Part shown: positions 62,181 to 64,000 of the stretch, piece by piece | Layout of the letters: the number at the start of each line of letters is the position of its first letter | How positions within the stretch are numbered: the stretch's first letter is position 1 | Position numbers and translations under genes: made by a program | Notes under the pieces: generated by a model | The model's database searches: none | Told to the model about the DNA's origin: nothing | The model's input: only the letters and a program-made list of their open reading frames with translations | Source: Myxococcota bacterium | GTDB taxonomy: Bacteria; Myxococcota_A; Polyangia; Palsa-1104; JAEUJZ01 | DNA: 64,000 nt | Assembly (NCBI GenBank): GCA_025057315.1 | Contig: JANWXW010000048.1 | Location: forward strand, 93,140 to 157,139 | Direction: 5' to 3'

Positions 62181-62198
62181 AGATGAGAAGCTTGGCCG

Positions 62199-64000
62199 AT
62201 GCACCTGGCGCCCCTGTGCCTGCTCCTTCTTGCCGCGCCGCTTCAGGCTGCCCCGGCCTCGGTGTTGAGCGGGCGGGTGTTCCAGCGCGGGTCCATCGCG
62301 CCGCTGCCCGGTGCCCACGTCCGTGCCTCCACCGGCCAGTCGGCCGTCGCCGACGAGGAAGGACGCTTCCAGCTGGAGCTACCTGCCGGCGAGGTCGAGC
62401 TGCACATTCAGGCAGACCGGTATGAGCCCCTGCGGGTCCGCGAGCATCTCCAGGCCGGCCGCCGCCTGGAGATGGAGTTCCGCCTCGTCCCCCGGCTGGG
62501 CTTTCGCGCGCCCTTTACCGCCACCGTGCGTGGGGATCCGCGGCGCGAGGGCGACCGGTTTATGCTCCGCGACGAGGAGCTGCGCACCTTGCCCGGCACC
62601 CTGGGTGATCCGCTGCGGGCAGTCAGTCTACTGCCCGGAGTGTCGGTGCCCGTGCCGGTGCTGCCGATCTACGTCGTGCGCGGGTCCAGCCCCGGCATGA
62701 ATGGCTACTTTCTCGACGGGATGCGGGTGCCGCAGCTCTTTCACCTGCTGCTCCTCAGCTCCTTTGTCTACCCCAGCCTGGTGGCGCGCATCGACTTTTA
62801 CCCCGGTGCCTACGACGCCTCGTTCGGCCGCTTCGCCGGCGGCATTGTCGACGCCGAAACCCGCCCTGCCCGCAGCGACAGCTCCCATGGCGAGCTACAG
62901 GTGCGCCTCTTCGATGTGGCGGGAGCGGCAGAGCTGAAGCTCCCCCGCGGCGTGCGGCTGACCGCGTCGGGCCAGTACGGCTACCCGGGTCCGCTGCTGC
63001 GTGCCTTCGACCCCCGGGTCGATCTCCAGTACTGGGACTACCAGCTTCGGCTCGACTGGAAGGGGCTTACGGTGCAGGCCCTGGGATTTTTTGACTATGT
63101 GAACATCTCGCGCGAGGAGATCCGCCGCGGCAGCCTCCGCCGCGTCCCCACCGAGTTCCGCCTCATGTTCCACCGCGTCCAGGTCCGGCACCACCATCGC
63201 ACCGGCCGGTTGGAAACGGAAGCCGGGCTGGTGGGTGGGGTCGACGAGCTCAGCGCGTTCGGGGGCAACGGCGTCCGCAAGCTATCGCTGGCGTGGCGGG
63301 CCAACGGTCAGCTGCGGCTCGGACGGTTCCGCCTCTTCGCCGGCGTGGAGGGCGAGCTGTCGCGGTTCACGCCGGAGAACTTCGGCAGCGACGAGATGCA
63401 GGCCGCGCCCGACGAGCTGGCCGACTTCGGCGAGGGGCGAACCGGCATCGTCGCGGGTGCGTTTGCGCAGGGCAGGATGGACCTGCTCCCAGAGCGGCTC
63501 AGCCTCACCGCCGGGGGCCGCATCGACGTCTACCACGCCGGCCGGGTGACGCTGCTGGGCTTGGAGCCGCGCGCTCAGCTCCGCTTCCATGCCCAGCGCT
63601 GGCTCACCTTCACGCTCGGTGGCGGTCTGTACCAGCAGCCGCCGAGCTTCCCGGTGCCGCTGCCAGGCATCGATACCTTCGCGCTGCAGCTCGGCCTCCA
63701 GCGCGCCATTCATGGTGCCTCCGGCCTGGAACTGCAGCTACCGCAATCATTCCATGTGAAGGCAACCGGCTTCTACCAGAAGTTCATGAACATGAACGAC
63801 GTCGTCCTGGACTTCGGCCCCCAGCTCTGCACCTCGCCGCCCCCGGAGTCGCTACGCGGGGCACCGGCGCTGGTCACGCGGCAGGTGGAGGGCCAGTCCT
63901 TCGGCATGGAAGTGATGGTCCGGCGCAGGGGCGAGCGCCTCAACGGCTGGGTGTCCTACACGCTCAGTCGGGCCGAGCGGATCTTTACCTGCGGGTTGCG
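62199..64000 (+). CDS. TonB-dependent receptor, Oar-like (signal peptide, CarbopepD_reg domain, plug); 3'-truncated by the window end
   Basis: Not in the ORF track because it has no stop in the window. A manual read from the ATG at 62199 gives an uninterrupted frame of about 600 codons: MHLAPLCLLLLAAPLQAAPASVLSGRVFQRGSIAPLPGAHVRAS...EGRFQLELPAGEVELHIQADRYEPL (CarbopepD_reg-like), then LRDEELRTLPGTLGDPLRAVSLLPGV (plug), then barrel-like sequence. Confidence 0.7.
   Translation, partial: MHLAPLCLLLLAAPLQAAPASVLSGRVFQRGSIAPLPGAHVRASTGQSAVADEEGRFQLELPAGEVELHIQADRYEPLRVREHLQAGRRLEMEFRLVPRLGFRAPFTATVRGDPRREGDRFMLRDEELRTLPGTLGDPLRAVSLLPGVSVPVPVLPIYVVRGSSPGMNGYFLDGMRVPQLFHLLLLSSFVYPSLVARIDFYPGAYDASFGRFAGGIVDAETRPARSDSSHGELQVRLFDVAGAAELKLPRGVRLTASGQYGYPGPLLRAFDPRVDLQYWDYQLRLDWKGLTVQALGFFDYVNISREEIRRGSLRRVPTEFRLMFHRVQVRHHHRTGRLETEAGLVGGVDELSAFGGNGVRKLSLAWRANGQLRLGRFRLFAGVEGELSRFTPENFGSDEMQAAPDELADFGEGRTGIVAGAFAQGRMDLLPERLSLTAGGRIDVYHAGRVTLLGLEPRAQLRFHAQRWLTFTLGGGLYQQPPSFPVPLPGIDTFALQLGLQRAIHGASGLELQLPQSFHVKATGFYQKFMNMNDVVLDFGPQLCTSPPPESLRGAPALVTRQVEGQSFGMEVMVRRRGERLNGWVSYTLSRAERIFTCGL

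Overview
This is a 64 kb, high-GC (about 70%) stretch of chromosome that looks like Myxococcales (Myxococcus-like). The evidence is a MYXO-CTERM-type sorting tail, Oar-like TonB-dependent receptors carrying CarbopepD_reg domains, Ser/Thr kinases and TPR proteins with N-terminal zinc ribbons, and weak or absent Shine-Dalgarno sites. Genes are densely packed and many are translationally coupled through ATGA or GTGA overlaps.

Clear housekeeping genes: prfA, rpmE, nth, mutS2, glyQS (alpha2 type), yebC-ruvC-ruvA, korA/korB with a GltD-like partner, psuG, hslO, ftsY, one tRNA-Met(CAT), and a DsbA/TlpA redoxin pair.

Accessory or poorly characterised content:
- A four-gene exported cluster (33976-39329): two CXXCH-motif lipoprotein-like proteins, one lipoprotein, and a twin-arginine (Tat) protein. 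It resembles the planctomycete-type PSCyt/PSD + DUF1501/DUF1552 pairs of unknown function.
- A 1.5 kb stretch with no large ORF between convergent genes (53421-54925). It holds a low-GC island, a small signal-peptide peptide gene with a strong Shine-Dalgarno site, and Cys-rich mini-ORFs.
- A two-gene module pairing a diiron-carboxylate (ExxH x2) protein with a two-Rossmann flavoprotein.
- An orphan Dam-like N6-adenine methyltransferase whose reading frame runs into the 3' end of the convergent tRNA-Met gene, followed by a repeat-bearing 570 bp non-coding region.
- A KamD-like (lysine 5,6-aminomutase alpha) gene with no adjacent B12-binding beta subunit, divergent from an ArsA-like ATPase gene.
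- A 907 aa orphan protein with a C-terminal CXXCH motif.
- Zn-ribbon/AAA/TPR and Zn-ribbon/Pro-repeat/TPR giants, a degenerate LytM-domain protein, and two OmpA-related outer-membrane beta-barrel proteins.
- Oar-like TonB-dependent receptors at both window edges; the right-hand one runs off the end.

The many long antisense ORFs are treated as high-GC artefacts. Several 'M' residues in the ORF track are GTG or TTG codons, so some start sites are re-assigned. Nothing was computed; all calls come from reading the sequence and the ORF translations.
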